Below, in pieces: positions 37,716-61,877 of a DNA stretch of 64,000 bases. Under the pieces are notes generated by a model. The model saw nothing but the letters and a program-made list of their open reading frames with translations. It was not told the origin of the DNA and searched no databases. Position numbers and translations under genes: made by a program. Position 1 is the stretch's first letter, and each line of letters opens with the position of its first letter. The stretch comes from Phaeosaccion multiseriatum. Its lineage: Eukaryota; Protista; Ochrophyta, other classes. The DNA is taken from the NCBI GenBank assembly GCA_965112735.1, contig OZ218955.1, forward strand, positions 372,001 through 436,000, written 5' to 3'.

Positions 37716-39205
37716 CGACGAAGCAAAGGCCCGGAGGGCGTGCAGCCCTCTCCAGCAGGCCTTTCCTTTCCTGGGGTTACTGCTCCTTCTATTGCTCTGT
37801 CAACCAACCGCACTTTGTGACTGGTTCCAGCTTCAGCTTGAACTTCTTCATTGATATGCCCTGGATGGGCAGGTAGATTGATGATGAGCGGTGGCGACGG
37901 GGAGTGGAGGGGAAGACAGTGCAGTGCAGTTTCAGACGCGGGGCAGCAGAAAGGCCATGGCTGGCTATGACGCTGGCAAGACCGAGGCTCTTGTTGCCGG
38001 GTGTCGCGTGGGCCGTCCCCGCCTCCCAACCAAGATAGGCCCTACCTACAGTACCTGCTCTCGAAAGGCACTACATCGCAGTTATCTGAAAGGAGGAGAT
38101 GACCTGGAAGTCGGCGGAGAGATTGAGTCGGTACGGGGGAGAGGGGAGAGACAAGAGAGTGCAGGGGTATCCATCTGCCACTGCACAGAGTGAGTGGCCA
38201 AGCCCAGGAGACGAGTCGTATGCTTTGGATAGGGCCTTACCGATGGCGACGATTGCAAGCATCGCCCTGGCTCCTCGTCCGGCCGGGGAGGGAGAGAGGA
38301 GGAGGAGGAGGAGGAGGAGGAGGAGGAGGAGGAGGAGGAGAAGGGGGAGGCGATCCCCCAAAGCTACTCCGGTCGCACCTTTGGTGACATACTAGGCATC
38401 AGCGCAGTCTGAGGAGCAGACAGCAGAGAAGTGTGACCAAGGTGATGCAATTTCACAGGCCGCTCTTTCACAGCGCGTGTACAGACCTTTGCCAAAGGTT
38501 CAAGTATTCCGTGAGAGAGGTGTGAAGCGCTGCGGGCCCAGGGGGCTGGTGAGATGGAGGAGCTGAGCGTGGACAAGTCGCCAGGGATGTGCCTGCAGCT
38601 GAGAGGTTTAAGCCACTGGGGATACTGTACTGGACACTTGCTTGTGCGTCGCTTGCAATGAGTACGTTCCGTATGTTCCAGGGGTTTCACCTGCCACGGC
38701 CCCTCTTCGCTATAGGCTACAAAGTCAGCTTACTCCATTTTTCTAGCATGTTGAACACTATCTAAACACAAGGCACCGATACTGTATATGTAGATATAAA
38801 AAAAGAAGTGTGTATTTAGCTGAGGCACCTACTCACTTCCCCCGTGCCACTGAGAGCCACCGCTTTATTTGCAATGCCGCTGAACGCCCCACTCACACTC
38901 CACCCCGGACAACCCCTCAAATCTCAAATCTGTTTCGAGCCCCCCGATATTAGTATTGAGGTCCTGATGGGCCTTTGTGATGCACACATAAGATTACGTA
39001 CACATCCATCAGTCTCTTCGGAGAGTGAAGGTGAGGCTTTTATCCTCATCTCGACAAGTGTTAATATATTTTGATTGAATGTCTATTTGATTCAAAGCAA
39101 TTCAGGCGATGCTTGACAACAACAACAACATGTGTGATGTATACCGCAGCCGACGCTCCGCCTCCAAGGAGGCTGAGAAGAAAAAAGGCTTACGGGCACA
39201 CGAGC

Positions 39206-39296
39206 ATACGGGTATACACGGGTATACGGGTATACGGGTATACGGGTATACGGGTATACGGGTATACATGGGTATACGGGTATACGGGTATACGGG
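39206..39296. repeat. (GGGTATAC)n 8-bp minisatellite
   Basis: About 10 tandem units. Confidence 0.9.
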
Positions 39297-39725
39297 CATG
39301 CGATACACACGATAAGTAGACAGATATCGAGGCGCCACCCCACAAAAAAACGCACGCACACGCACACGCACACGCACACGCACACGTACACGTACACGCA
39401 CAGAGAATACACACACACCACCCACCCACACTTGGCGTGGGCGCGGGGTAAATACGAGGCACTCGGCGACTCTCTCTCGCTCCTTCTTTCCTCCCTCTGT
39501 GGCGAGGTATTCGGCTGCTTCATCCTCTAGCGTGTTTGCCGTACAGCGAGTAAGTCGGGCTCAGACCGCCTGTGCACAGTCAGCCAAACAAAAGGCCTAC
39601 TCTAGTGCTAAGTACTACGAAGCACATCGGCATGGGTGGCGGCGTGTGTGCGTGCGTGTGGTGTGTCACGCCACGATACGCCAGTCATCACGAGCAGCCA
39701 TGCCTCTTGCGCACTTGCTGCTTGC

Positions 39726-40915
39726 TCAGGTGCGCGCTGGTCGGAGGCGGAAGCTCCGGATGCTGGGGAGTGCTCCCGTCTCCTTCTCCTGCTGATGCTG
39801 CTTGCCCTCCCGCCTCTCCTCCTCCTCCTGGTCCTCCTCCTCGTCCTCCTCCCCCTCCCCCTCCTCTCCTCTCCCCATGACTCTCCGCGATACGACGAAC
39901 TCACCCATCACGGAAGGAGCAGCGGTGCTACTAAATGACCCACCCCCCGCCCCTGCCGCCGTGGGTGCCGCTGTTTCCCAACCCGTCCACTCCTCCCAGT
40001 CGGTGGTCGCAAGCGGTGCGGGTGCGGCTGTCGGCGTTGCTGTCTCCCAGCTAGGCCACTCTGCACCGGTGGGCATGAGGGATGGATCCTCCATATCGAT
40101 GGCAGTGGGCGACGCTGTCTCCCACAACAACTCCTGCGGTGATGCGGTGGGTGAGCCTGTGCCCATGGTCGCTGCTGGTGTTGGTGCTGGTGTTGGTGCT
40201 GGCGTCACTGGGGCAGGGAGCGGGCCGGTGGGTGGTGCCATGGAGGGAGATGAAGTCTCAAAAGTTGTGTAGTCGGGAAAGTCGTCAGAAGAATCGCCTT
40301 CCGGCTGGGGCTGGGGCAGAGGCTCGGAGTCGGGGTCGGACTCGGGCTCTGACTCGGCGATGTTGCATGGCACACAAGGCTCCTCTGTGAGGTCGTTGAT
40401 CCAGCGCCCGCCGCGAGTCTGACCGCAATAGTCCGAGCACATTCGACAAATGTTCCCTATGCCGTCGGCCTTGTTGAAAGGGTCGCAGTACTGCCCTTGG
40501 AACATGTCGGAGCGGATATCAAGGCAAGAGATGTCGCACACATACTGCGACTCGGCCGCCTCAAGGTCAAGGAGATCATCAATCTCCAGAGTATAGTACT
40601 GACACTGGTAGAGGTGTTGTTGTTGGGGGGGGGGGGGGGGGTAGAGCAGGGCGGTGTCGGCACAGAGGATGCAGGGTGGGTGGAGGGGGGAGCAGCAAAG
40701 AGTGAGAGGAAAGCACACTCCTGGGTCAAGGAAAGAGTTGAAGGAAGCCCCCCCTCCCGACAGGCTCACCGCCTTGATACAGTCTGGCCTGCGGAAGTGA
40801 GTCTCACCTTGCCAATACAAGGGTCCACCCCTGGTATTGCGTTGGTGTACGCACTAGTAGCAGCAAAGGCCACTACGGAGAGAAGAACGCCGCATGATGC
40901 CTTGGAGAAAGGCAT
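39726..40915 (-). CDS. Secreted Cys-rich protein with a Pro/Thr-rich (PTPAP) stalk; 3' end uncertain
   Basis: Exon 1 is 40915-40808 (MPFSKASCGVLLSVVAFAATSA..PCIGK). After a GT-AG intron, exon 2 starts at 40604 with a multi-Cys domain, then PTPAPTPA and WETAxPTA repeats. A further donor near 39904 is possible. Confidence 0.65.
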
Positions 40916-41942
40916 GATGCTGCTGCTGGTGCGGCTGCTTGGGATAAAGGCAGGCGATACACAAAGAGCATGTTAGCTTTTCTCGAGAGCGGAGGGATGA
41001 ACAGCACTTCTCCCTCTCCTTGCTGCGCAACACCTCTGCTCTGATGTGGGAATCACTCTCAGGGAGGGAGGGATGGAGCTCACTCACCTTGGGTTGCAGT
41101 GGTCTAGTCCGTTGCGAGTCTTTGTTGTGGGGCTTGTTTCACCAGTCCCTCTTACTCTTTGTCCGTTACCCTTGCCCTTAAACACAGGAGGGCATCGTCC
41201 TCCCTCTCGCGTGAGAGAAAAAAAAAAACAGAAAAGCTGAAACTGTAGAAACCGAAGCTGTTTCCGAGGTGGTATATTCCCCTCCCTCCTTCTCCCTGCT
41301 TCTTCCACACAAGCTCTTTCCTTGGCAGCGCCTCCCTCTCTACCATCACCACCACCACCACTTCCTCCTCGCTCAGCAACACACTATCCTCTCCCCCTTC
41401 TCCTCCTCCTCCTCCTCCTCCTCCTCATCCTCCTCCTCCTCCTCCTCTCGGCCCCTGACATGCTTCTGAGACAGGCCAGCCCAGAAGCAGGAAGCAGACC
41501 GGCTGGCGCCGGCCAGAAGCAGGAAGTAGGGTCGCCTCAGAAGCATGTCAGGGGCCGACTCCTCCTCCTTCTTCTACCCTCTACTCCTCCTCCTCCTCCT
41601 GTTCCAGGCACAGACAGGGGTGCTGAGCATCCGTCAGCACGGGAGGGAGGCAGCGGCACACGCCGGACGTCAAGGAGCAAGAATGAATGGCGCTGCTGCT
41701 GATGCTTCTCTGCGGGAGGAGGGGGGGCTGGAGACCGACAGTTTCAGTTTCTGGGATCAAACGTTAACGGCAAGTTTTAGGACCATAGGCGACCGCCCAA
41801 GTGAGCCGCGCCTGTGACGCCTCGCTCATCACTTGAAACGCACAAGCCTCCTGCGCTGTCTCGTGTGTGCAAAGGAAAGAGGACATGTCTCCGTCCCTCA
41901 CCGTACGGTTCTGATCTTACAACGCTCACTAGACCCTCACAG

Positions 41943-42057
41943 TCGACCGGCTACCTGCCACCGCCGGCGTCAGCCAACGTGATAGCTGCTGCAGCCGGCG
42001 TGAGCCGGCCTTGACATGTTTTACCGGCCGACCGGCCGGCCGGCCAGCAGCGGTCGA
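41943..42057. mobile_element. 115-bp MITE-like element, TCGACCG termini, perfect 6-bp TSD TCACAG
   Basis: TCGACCG at 41943 and CGGTCGA at 42051-42057. TCACAG at 41937-41942 and 42058-42063. Internal GCCGG sub-repeats. Confidence 0.75.
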
Positions 42058-42195
42058 TCACAGATCACACACAGCGAAGAAAATAGAGAACCAACATGTT
42101 CACAGATGCCGGCCAACCCTTTAAAACCCTTCAAATCTAAAAAGCGGGTGACCAGCTCCATAGCACAGCGAGTAGCGCCGCAGGAGGAGGAGGAG

Positions 42196-53245
<11,050 letters not shown>

Positions 53246-53418
53246 CAAGAAGGACTTTATTGACTTAATAGGAATCACCTAAGAAATGAAAGTGGGTGGG
53301 GGGTGTACCCAGTTTCAGTTTCAAGTTCTTGAGCGTAACCAACGACTCGTAAAGGGCTCGCTTCCCACAAACAAGAGAAGGTCACGCAGCAGCTTTTCTG
53401 CCCCCCCCTTGGTGAAGC

Positions 53419-56400
53419 ATGCCCCCCCAGCAAATAGTGTGTAGCTTCCCGCGCAAGGTTATTGCCCAGACGGTGGAGGTACAGCGATGTCTCATGGATA
53501 TGAACTCCAAGGTAAGGAACGAGCCCTCAAAGCAAAGCAACGACAGAGATAGGAGATGGAGCCTCCGCCGGGTTCGGCCCCGCTCCACATACAGCTCGCA
53601 AAGACTCCTTGCTCTGATGGTGCTGGAACGTGAGGAGAAGAGGGTGTGATCAGAGTGGCTCATTCATGGGGTGGTGGAACCAGCGAACGCGCGTGGTTTT
53701 GTAGGCTCAAGGAGATCTCATTAGGTTTCTCCCCAAGCCCTTCTCATTCACCAAATACTCATCTCTCATCTCTATCGCCTTTACCCTGACTCATTCAATG
53801 CCCCAATATCCATCCCCACCCCACCCACAGACCATCAAGGTGAAGATCACGGCCCCCCAGGAGAGATACGACAACCGCACTCAGCAGCAGCAGCAGCAGC
53901 AGCCAGATGAGGTCCTGGACGAGAACTTGTCTCAGGAGAGAGGGACCCCAGGCGGTGGCTCTCCGCGCAACTCCCCCCTCCTCTCCAACGGGAGTGTCAT
54001 GGACGATGGTACGCCTGTGTGTGCACACATTCTTTTCTTCCCTTCCTTCCGTTCAGCAGTGCTCTATCAACCGCTTTGGCGTCCTTGCTAGTTGAGCACT
54101 CACAAAAACAACCAACGACCACAACAGGCATCTTTCCGTCGCTCCGCTCACCGCCTCCCCCCTCTCCCAACTCCTCGTTGCATCTTCCCTCGCTGCCTAT
54201 GCGCTGGGACTCTTCATCTCTCGCTTCCTTGCTGTGCTGCATCCTCTCGTTGAAGGGAACGGCTCCGGGCAAAAAACCGTCAACAGCGATGGAGCCTGCG
54301 TGAGCACCATCGACGGAGTGGAGGTGGAGGAGGAAGATACCGTGGAGGGGCAGGGAGGGGGGCAGCGCACGGCTTCGTTTGCTCAGTGGTAGCGATGCGA
54401 AAGGAGCTCAAGCTCAGAGCAGCAGCGCCAAGAGCAATAGCACAGGCACGGAGAGCCTGTCTTCTGGGGGAGGAGGAGGAGGAGGAGGAGGAGGAGGAGG
54501 AGGAGGAGGAGGAGGAGGAGGAGGAGGAGGAGGAGGAGGAGGAGGAGGAGGAGGAGGAGGAGGACGAGGACGAGGAGGAGGAGAAGGAGGAGGAGGAGAG
54601 GGTCCGGGTGCGAAGGGGTCGGCCAACGATGGCAGCAGCAGCAGCGGCGGCGGCGGAGCCTGCGTGAGCACCATCGACGGAGTGGAGGTGGAGGAGGAGG
54701 AAGATATCGTGGAGGGGCAGGGAGGGGGTGGCAGCGCACGGCTTCGTTTGCTCAGTGGTAGCGATGCGAAAGGAGCTCAGGCTCAGAGCAGCAGCGCCAA
54801 GAGCAAAGGCACAGGCACGGAGAGCCTCTCTTCTGGGGGAGGAGGAGGAGGAGGAGGAGGAGGAGGAGGAGGAGGAGGAGGAGGAGGAGGAGGAAGAGGA
54901 GGAGAGGGTCCGGGTGCGAAGGGGCCGGCGCTGGATTCTGACGTGATTTATGTGGGGTCGGCCAACGATGGCAGCAGCAGCAGCAGCAGTAGTGGCACGG
55001 CAATGGGAGGCAAGGCCGGTGCAGGAGGCAAGCCGGGGAGGGCTGCAGGTAAGGGAAGTACGGGCAGCCTGGACATTCTCGCCGGGGCGGTGGAGGAGGA
55101 GCACGAGGAGGAGCACGGGGAGGAAAAGTCCTCCTTACTGGCAGAGACAATGTTCATGAAGGAGGGGGAGGAGGAGCACAAGGATCACCACCAGTGCTCC
55201 TTTGATGACTTACCACCACGGGCACATGGTGGTTCTTACCCAGAAACACTCGTAGGAACAGGAGTGAAACACGGAAGAAACCACGGAAGGAAGCAAGGCG
55301 GCTACAGTCCGGGGGGGGGGGGGGGGCGGCGGATGAAGAAGGCCGGGATGACGCTCCCAGAGGGCGCTGACCTGGATGGGGGGGAGGTGAGAGCGATAGA
55401 TGGCAGTGGACCGGGTGGAGGTAGGGAGGGGGGGGGGATGGCAGTGGATGGACGGGGTCGGTACGGTATACCTCGCTTTGTGGCGCGTCGGACGGACCCG
55501 CCTGTCTCTTTGACTTGATCCAATTTGTTCTCTGCCCGCCTGTCTCTTTGACTTGATCCAATTTGTTCTCTGCCCGCCTGTCTCTTTGACTTGATCCAAT
55601 TTGTTCTCTGCCATATCCTGTGTTGCCTTGCTTGCGCCAGGCGGAGGACGATGCCGATGTGGAGGATATCCTCGTCGGGGGGCGCAGAGTGCGCTTCCTC
55701 AAAAAGGTGAGGGGATGACAGCGGGGCGTACACACACACGTACACACAAACTACATCTGAGCTTGGGGATGGCAGGGGGTGGCAGGGGATGGCAGGAGAT
55801 GGTGGTGGATGACAGGGGATGGCAGGGGATGACAGGGAATGACAGGGGATGGCTGGGGATGGCAGAGGGGCCCTGCATACGGCAGGGCGCCATGTAGCAA
55901 TTACCAAGCCTCCTCTTCTATTCCTCCATCACCAAACACTTGTTCTCGCTCCTGTCACGCCTCCGTCACGCCTCCTTGGCCTTGAAACTGAAACTCGTGA
56001 GTCCTAGGCACCCCTTGGGCACTCCTTGGCTGCATGTAGTTTGTCACCAATCCCTCCCTTCCTTCCTTCCTTCCCCCTTTCCCTCCCTCCCTCCCTTTCT
56101 CTCTCCGTTCCTCCCTCCCTCCTCTGCTTCGTCGCCTCAGGACGGGCACACAAAGACCGTGATTTTCCACAGCGGCCATGGCGGCGAGGTACGAGGGAGA
56201 GGGGGGGGGGGGATGGCACTGCATGGCGGGTCTTTCCTAAGGATGCGACTCACACACACGCACGCACGCACGCACAGAGAGAGAGAGACACACACACGTA
56301 TACACACACATAACACGTACACGTAAACGCGTGGAGCGAGAGAAGGCCGGAGAGGGAGTGTCTAGCAATGTGAAGCAGTTGCGCGTCTTCAGAGCGGAGT

Positions 56401-56839
56401 TGTTGTTTCGCCTGGCCCGGGGGGGCAGATTCCTTTTTGTTGCGCTTCGTTTTGACCACCCCTACCTTGGTGCCCATACAGAGGAAGGCCCCTAACTCTC
56501 TTTACGCTTCGCCCGCACCTCGTTACGCTTCGATGACGCTTCATCCTTGGCCCCATGCACGCTCGCTCGCAGGAGGGAGAGGATAGAGGTGCGGACAGGG
56601 GCATGGGCATGGACAGAGAAGGAAGCAGAGCCTCACTCCTAACCAATGAGGGCACGCAGCTGGAGGACGAGCTGGACGCCCAACTACCTGAGCAGGTGGA
56701 AGGACAAGAAAGTATGGAGAAGGTGGACATTGAGGCACTGGTGCGGGACGTGATGGGAGCTTTGAAGAAGGAGGGCATCATATCCACCGACCCCATCTAC
56801 CACCTCTCCGCACAGGTTAGTCAGCATGCACGCACGCAT

Positions 56840-56873
<34 letters not shown>

Positions 56874-56897
56874 GCGCACGCACACGTACACACACAA

Positions 56898-56957
<60 letters not shown>

Positions 56958-59900
56958 CGGGGGCGGCGAGTCGCTGGTTGGGACTCTCTTCCTGTCTGTC
57001 TCTTGTCTCTCTGTCTGTCTCTTGTCTCTCTGTCTGTCTCTCTCTCTCGTTGTGATGGGCCATGTGGTGCTCGCCTTCTCTCGCCGCCGGACTAAACGCT
57101 GCTGCGCCTCGTTCCTCTCTTTCTTCGCTTGTCTCTTCTCCTCCCCTCCCTCCCTCCCTCCCTCCCTCCCGCCCCCTCCCACCTTCCCTCCCCCATAGGG
57201 CCACTACATGACTTGCATTTTCGCTTGTGACGCGCAATACTCGTACAATGTGGTGTCTCGTCTGGAAAACATTGGCGTAGGCAGCGATATCGGGTCGGTG
57301 TCTGTTGTAGCGCTTGAGCTCAACAGAACCCCGGACAAGACCAAGGTGTGACAGTTACAGTTACGGTTACGCTTAGCAGTAGTAGGTCTATCGCTCTTCT
57401 CTTCGCCCCCCCCTTTTATCATCTCCCCCTGTCCTCGTCTGCTCTCCTGATCTCGTCGCCGTCGCCGTCGCATACACACTTGCATTGGTTGTTTCGATTT
57501 CACTCCCCACCACCCACTCGTCTCACCACCCACACTCTCTCTATGTCCTGACACCCCCCTTATTCAGAGGAGCCCGACGGGTGGGCAGAGTCCGCAAGAC
57601 CAAGCCAAGTTCGTGGCCATCGCCTCACAGATCAGAGTGGAGCAGGTTGGTTGGTTGGTTGGTTGGTTGGTTGGTTGGTTTTTCTCAGACAGGTCTGTAA
57701 GACACGCACGCTTCCCTCCCCTCCCTATCCACAGGTGATTGACTCCATCTCCGCCAACGCCACTCTCTCCTTCGACTACGTTGCCCTCCTGCTGGTGGCC
57801 TCCATCCTTGCCGGAGGAGGCCTGGCTTCCAACAGCATCGTAATCATTGTTGCAAGCATGCTCGTCTCACCCATCATGGGACCCGTGCTGGGCTTTACCT
57901 TTGGGAGTGTTGTGCACGACTGGGAACTGGCGAGGTGAGGGGGGGCGGGGAAGATGCATGCGGGGAGGATGGGGGAGGAAGGAAAGAGGGGAGGTCGGCG
58001 ATGGCAGTGGAGGGAAGGGAGGGAAAGCACCCTACGCACCCTGGAATAGCCTCAACCCCATTCCCCCTTCCCCTTTGGCTTGGTAGCTGAAATTCACATT
58101 TCCCTCCCCCTCCTCCTCCTCTTCCTCCTCCCGCCCGTCCGTCCGCCCGCCCGCCTCTCTCCCCTCTCCATACATACCCACATACAGGCTGGGTATGAGT
58201 ACTGAGGCCATCAGCCTTGCCGTGTGTGTGCTCGTGGGCTTCTTTTGCGGCCTCATTGCCCTACCCTTTCTGGAGGTGAGGGAGAGTGTCAGTGTCAGTT
58301 TTCATTTCAGTTTCATGTTGTTGTTGGTAGACCAAACCATACCCCCCTCTTCACGCCTTTCCTCCCTCCCTTATCCCATACACCTCCAAACTAATCCATG
58401 AAGTGAGTCCATTCATCCCATCATCCCATCCACCCTCTTCCTCCCTCCCTTCCTCCCTCCCTTCCTTCCTTCCTCCCAGGACAGTGACGACTGGCCCACT
58501 CCGGAGATGTCGGTCCGCTCCACTACGGACGCCCTTGCCATCGGCGTTGGCATCGCCATCCCCTCGGGGGTCGGAGTGGCGCTGTCTGTACTCACCGACA
58601 ATACAAGCAGGTACACCAAGTACACGAAGTACATGAAGCACATGAAGCACATGAAGCACACCACCGAGTGTAGTATCACGCACGTACGCACGCACGCACG
58701 CACACATACGGTAGCACACGGTGGTGAAGGTTTCAGAATAGGACTGACACGACGCTACCGGTACAAGACTTCAGGACCGCGACAGACCACGGCTTTGGCT
58801 TCCCTGTCGCTTTTCTTGCTTGATTCCTTCACCAATTTGGTCTCGGTCCTGCTCACCCTCCTTCCCCCCCTTCCACGTCCCTCCTCCCCGCGCTCCCCCC
58901 CCCCCTCCCAGTCTCGTGGGTGTGGCAATCAGCGCCTCTCTCCTGCCCCCCGCTGTGAACTGCGGCCTGCTCTTTGCATACGCGTGGTTCGGACCCATCA
59001 TACAGCCCGACTTTGACCTGCAGACAGAGGGGATGGTTGGGGAGGTGAGGAGATGGATGGCTGGATGGATGGATAGGTGGAAAAAGGGAGTGGACGAGTA
59101 GACTAGTTCGAAATCTTGGAGGACGAGCAGAAGAAGGAAGCAGGGGAGGAAGAAGGAGGAAGGAACAAGGGGAGACCGGATAGGGAGGAAAGGAAGAGAA
59201 TGGCGTACAGTAAGTCGATCAAAGTCTCTCCAGCACACTCACATTGTACCTGTCGTATCTTGTCTGTTTCGTCTCGCTCGCTTTCCTTCTCCCTTCCCTC
59301 CCTCCCTTACTCTCTCCATCTCTTCCTTCCCTTCCTTCTCCCTCCCTACCCCCCCCTCCGTCCCTCCCTCCCCTCATCTCCCCTCCCCCCCCCCTTCCCT
59401 CCCTCCCTCCCTCCCTCAGGCGCTGATCTCTCTGGTGCTGACCATCGAGAATATCACTTTTATCTACCTGGCCTCGATTGCAATGTTCTGGCTCAAAGAA
59501 GTGGCCCCGCTCACCAACAAGGTCTGTGCAGTACAGGGTGTCAGGTGTCTCAGCTTTCTCAGCTTGCCTGTTATGTTGGGACAGAGAGTCGGGATATGAT
59601 GTCATTAGTAATATGCTAGAAGCATAAGGGGGGGGGGCGTTCATTAGTAATATGCTAGAAGCATAAGGGGGGGGGCGTCTCTGCCTGTCCGTATAAGTGT
59701 CAGGCAGGGCTTGGAAGGAGCATCTCTACTCATTGAAAACTCCCCCTTCCCCCGGTGCTTGTCTGAAGTACTCCGAAGTAATACGTAGTATTAAGTATTT
59801 TCATGCGTGTGAGGCTTCCAATCTGTGATCTGTGCGACGCCTTTTTATCTCCATTTGGGCGTTGGTTCTCCAAGTCGTCGCCCCCAACTTGCTTTGCTTT

Positions 59901-61673
59901 GCTTTGCTTTGCTCTTCCTTCTTCTCAAACTCCAATCGTTTCCATTCGTGATTTGAAACTTCACTCTTTTATTTTTTTCAGAAATCTTTCTGGAGTGAGG
60001 ACATCATCGAGAGTCGAAGGCACCATGACAGCGTCAAAACGCACAAGGGAGAGGTGGTAAGTGCCAGAACAGTTGGTGATACACCAGATCAGCAGAAGAA
60101 GGAGGAGGAGCACCACGAGCAGGAAGAGGGGAATCGCCTTGTGCTTGTGAGTTACCTCACCCCACCCCTTCCCGATCCACCTGATCCATACTCCTCTATT
60201 CGGCACCCATACTCCTCTATCCGGCACCCATACTCCTCTATTCGGCACCCATACTCCTCTATCCGGCACCCAGGCTGTGGAGCTCAGCTCGCGTCTCAAA
60301 GAGGCCCTCGGCTTGAGAGATGGCGGGAGGGCTTCCCTCCTACACCCTGACGACTCAAGGTCCGTGCCATGGGGCCCCGGTTAGAAGCATATGGTGGGGG
60401 GGGGGGGAGTTTTGGCTCAGTATGGGTGGGTAGGAAGTGGCCTCAGTTAGAGGCAAATGGGGATTCCCACCATCTGTCTCTCTTTTTGCTTCTCCCTCAC
60501 TCGTTCTTCTCCTCCCCACCCCCTCCCCCCCTCCAGTGATTCCAGCGAAGGCTCTAACAAGGGCCACCGTCTCTCTCACGGGGGTGGGGGCGTGTCTTTC
60601 GACGGAAGGAAGGCGAGTCGAAAGGAGACGCCTTCGGTGCAGTCCGTCTTCGAGCCCATGAGCAAGGTCAGTACTTCGTGGGGGGGGGGGGCGGGGCGTG
60701 TGTGTGTATGTGTGTGCTTGCTGCGGCTCTGATTTGGACGTGGGCTCTTGCCGCTCCTCCTCCTCCTCCTCCTCCTCCTCCTCCTCCTCCTCCTCCTCCT
60801 CCTCATTTCGGCCGCAAACGACAACAACAACAAAAGAAGCGAAAACATCACAAACCACAACGGCATAACATTTGCATTCATTTTGCGAAGAACCCTGAAA
60901 GTACTGAAACTCAAACCGCGCTACTCAACACTCAACACAACTCTCAAACTGGACCCCAAACTAAAACGGATACCCAACCACCCCCCCCACTAACAGAAGA
61001 AGGAGCGGAACGACAGCATGCCTTTGACCGATGAGGCCCTCTCCGGCATTGCAAGCCTCTTCACGTTGAGCAGGCCCATGGGGGAGGGGGGAGGGGGTTC
61101 CTCAGGGGGGGGCACCTCTAGGCGTGCGCACGGCAAGACCGCGAGTGAGAGTACGGCGGAAGCGGCCAAGGCTATCGCAGCAGCGGCGAGGGGAACGCAG
61201 AAGGAACGGGTGCGTTGTGAGTAGGGGTATAGGGGAAGGCGAAGAGGAACGGGTGCGTTGTGAGTAGGTATATAGGGGAAGGCGAAGAGGAACGGGTGCG
61301 TTGTGAGTAGGGGTATAGGTGAAGGCGAAGAGGAACGGGTGCGTTGTGAGTAGGGGTATAGGTGAAGGCGAAGAGGAACGGACGAGGGGTGGGTGGGGCG
61401 TGCGTAAGGCGAGGGGTGCTCTTTTTTCGTGCTCCTTGTACTGCGTGAGCGTATTTCAGGGCGAGTGCTCTGTGTAACGTATGAAACTGCGGAGAAGGAG
61501 TGGAGGAGTTACTTGCCGTGTGTGTGTGTCAACAGCGACCAAGCCTTCATCCCTTCGTGTAACGCCTCCTCCTCCCTGCTCCTGTTCCTCCTCCCTCCTC
61601 CCTTGTTCCTCTTTGTGCCTCTGGATTCCCTCTGGTGTCTGTCCTTCGTGCCCTTGCTTTGACTCTTGTTTTC

Positions 61674-61739
<66 letters not shown>

Positions 61740-61835
61740 GTTGGTGTTGCTGCGGTTGTTGTTGTTGTTTGTTGTTGTTCGTTGTTGTTGTTGTTTGTTG
61801 TTGTTTGTGGTTGTGGTTGTTGTTGTTGCTGTTGC

Positions 61836-61877
<42 letters not shown>

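Noticed and set aside
37417-39100. ORFs and an AT-richer patch (~38700-39100) as a gene or TE
   Set aside because: No recognisable domain, consistent splice pattern or TIR/TSD found by eye.
55501-61381. 38-, 21- and 43-bp repeats as CRISPR arrays
   Set aside because: Units are head-to-tail with no unique spacers, they lie in or at eukaryotic introns, and there are no cas genes.
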